Source of the DNA: Squalus acanthias
Taxonomy: Eukaryota
Assembly (NCBI GenBank): GCA_030390025.1
Contig: JASTWF010000359.1
Location: 62,001 to 126,000 of the forward strand
Length of the DNA stretch: 64,000 bases
Direction of reading: 5' to 3'
Every line of letters starts with the position of its first letter. Within the stretch, counting starts at the first letter, position 1. Position numbers and translations under genes: made by a program. Below the pieces are notes generated by a model. The model was not told the DNA's origin. It searched no databases and saw nothing but the letters and a program-made list of their open reading frames with translations. Below are positions 62,801 to 64,000 of the stretch, piece after piece.

Positions 62801-64000
62801 GTACCTGCCCTGGGAGTGTTTGATGGGACAGTGTAGAGGGAGCTTTACTCTGTATCTAACCCGTGCTGTACCTGCCCTGGGAGTGTTTGATGGGACAGTG
62901 TAGAGGGAGCTTTACTCTGTATCTAACCCGTGCTGTACCTGCCCTGGGAGTGTTTGATGGGGACAGTGTAGAGGGAGCTTTACTCTGTATCTAACCCTTG
63001 CTGTACCTGCCCTGGGAGTGTTTGATGGGACAGTGTAGAGGGAGCTTTACTCTGTATCTAACCCGTGCTGTACCTGCCCTGGGAGTGTTTGATGGGACAG
63101 TGTAGAGGGAGCTTTACTCTGTATCTAACGCGTGCTGTACCTGCCCTGGGAGTGTTTGATGGACAGTGTAGAGGGAGCTTTACTCTGTATCTCACCGTGC
63201 TGTACCTGCCTGGGAGTGTTTGATGGGACAGTGCAGAGGGAGCTTTACTCTGTATCTAACCCATGCTGTACCTGCCCTGGGAGTGTTTGATGGGACAGTG
63301 TAGAGGGAGCTTTACTCTGTATCTAACCCGTGCTGTACCTGCCCTGGGAGTGTTTGATGGGACAGTGTAGAGGGAGCTTTACTCTGTATCTAAGCCGTGC
63401 TGTACCTGCCCTGGGAGTGTTTGATGGGACAGTGTAGAGGGAGCTTTACTCTGTATCTAACCGTGCTGTACCTGCCCTGGGAGTGTTTCATGGGACAGTG
63501 TAGAGGGAGCTTTACTCTGTATCTAACCCGTGCTGTACCTGCCCTGGGAGTGTTTGATGGGACAGTGTAGAGGGAGCTTTACTCTGTATCTAACCGTGCT
63601 GTACCTGCCTGGGAGTGTTTGATGGGACAGTGCAGAGGGAGCTTTACTCTGTATCTAACCCGTGCTGTACCTGCCCTGGGAGTGTTTGATGGGACAGTGT
63701 AGAGGGAGCTTTACTCTGTATCTAACCCGTGCTGTACCTGCCCTGGGAGTGTTTGATGGGACAGTGTAGAGGGAGCTTTACTCTGTATCTAACCCGTGCT
63801 GTACCTGCCCTGGGAGTGTTTGATGGGACAGTGTAGAGGGAGCTTTACTCTGTATCTAACCCGTGCTGTACCTGCCCTGGGAGTGTTTGATGGGACAGTG
63901 CAGAGGGAGCTTTACTCTGTATCTAAGCCTGTGCTGTACCTGCCCTGGAGTGTTTGATGGGACAGTGTAGAGGGAGCTTTACTCTGTATCTAACCCGTGC

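Larger units (their letters stand above)
49181..64000. repeat. 67-bp tandem satellite/minisatellite, roughly 200 units, running off the window
   Basis: Unit GGGACAGTGTAGAGGGAGCTTTACTCTGTATCTAACCCGTGCTGTACCTGCCCTGGGAGTGTTTGAT; units start at 49181 and 49248. Interrupted at ~49341-50048 and ~59343-59820. Confidence 0.99.

Noticed and set aside
49181..64000. CRISPR array or coding repeat in the 67-bp tandem array
   Set aside because: Units are head-to-tail with no unique spacers, the context is eukaryotic with no cas genes, 67 is not a multiple of 3, and the short ORFs (MGQCRGSF...) are artefacts of variant units.

Overview
Repeat-dense vertebrate DNA, most likely from a cartilaginous fish (shark). 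That assignment rests on the CR1/L2 LINE, DeuSINE, Penelope and Harbinger families present. The one recognisable host gene is a + strand ZNF804-family gene (closest to ZNF804A), seen as a 131-bp penultimate exon (21283-21413) and a 3.1-kb last coding exon (33606-36693). Its zinc-finger exon was not found and presumably lies upstream of the window. The rest is layered transposon sequence: one full-length, TSD-bounded CR1 (4877-9450, -), many truncated and nested CR1 and L2 LINEs, PIF/Harbinger elements and MITEs, three candidate solo LTRs, tRNA-derived SINEs and three Penelope-like 3' ends. From ~49.2 kb to the end lies a 67-bp tandem satellite (~200 units), interrupted by a CR1 fragment and a Penelope fragment. 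Main points of interest: (1) minimal hammerhead ribozyme motifs in the Penelope ends, two with intact cores, one of them sense within the presumed host intron; (2) a CR1 5' UTR containing direct repeats, a TATA box and two canonical-looking introns; (3) a CR1 subfamily with a duplicated 3' stem-loop; (4) the divergence of the ZNF804-like gene, possibly an extra paralogue. All calls were made by eye, without database searches.
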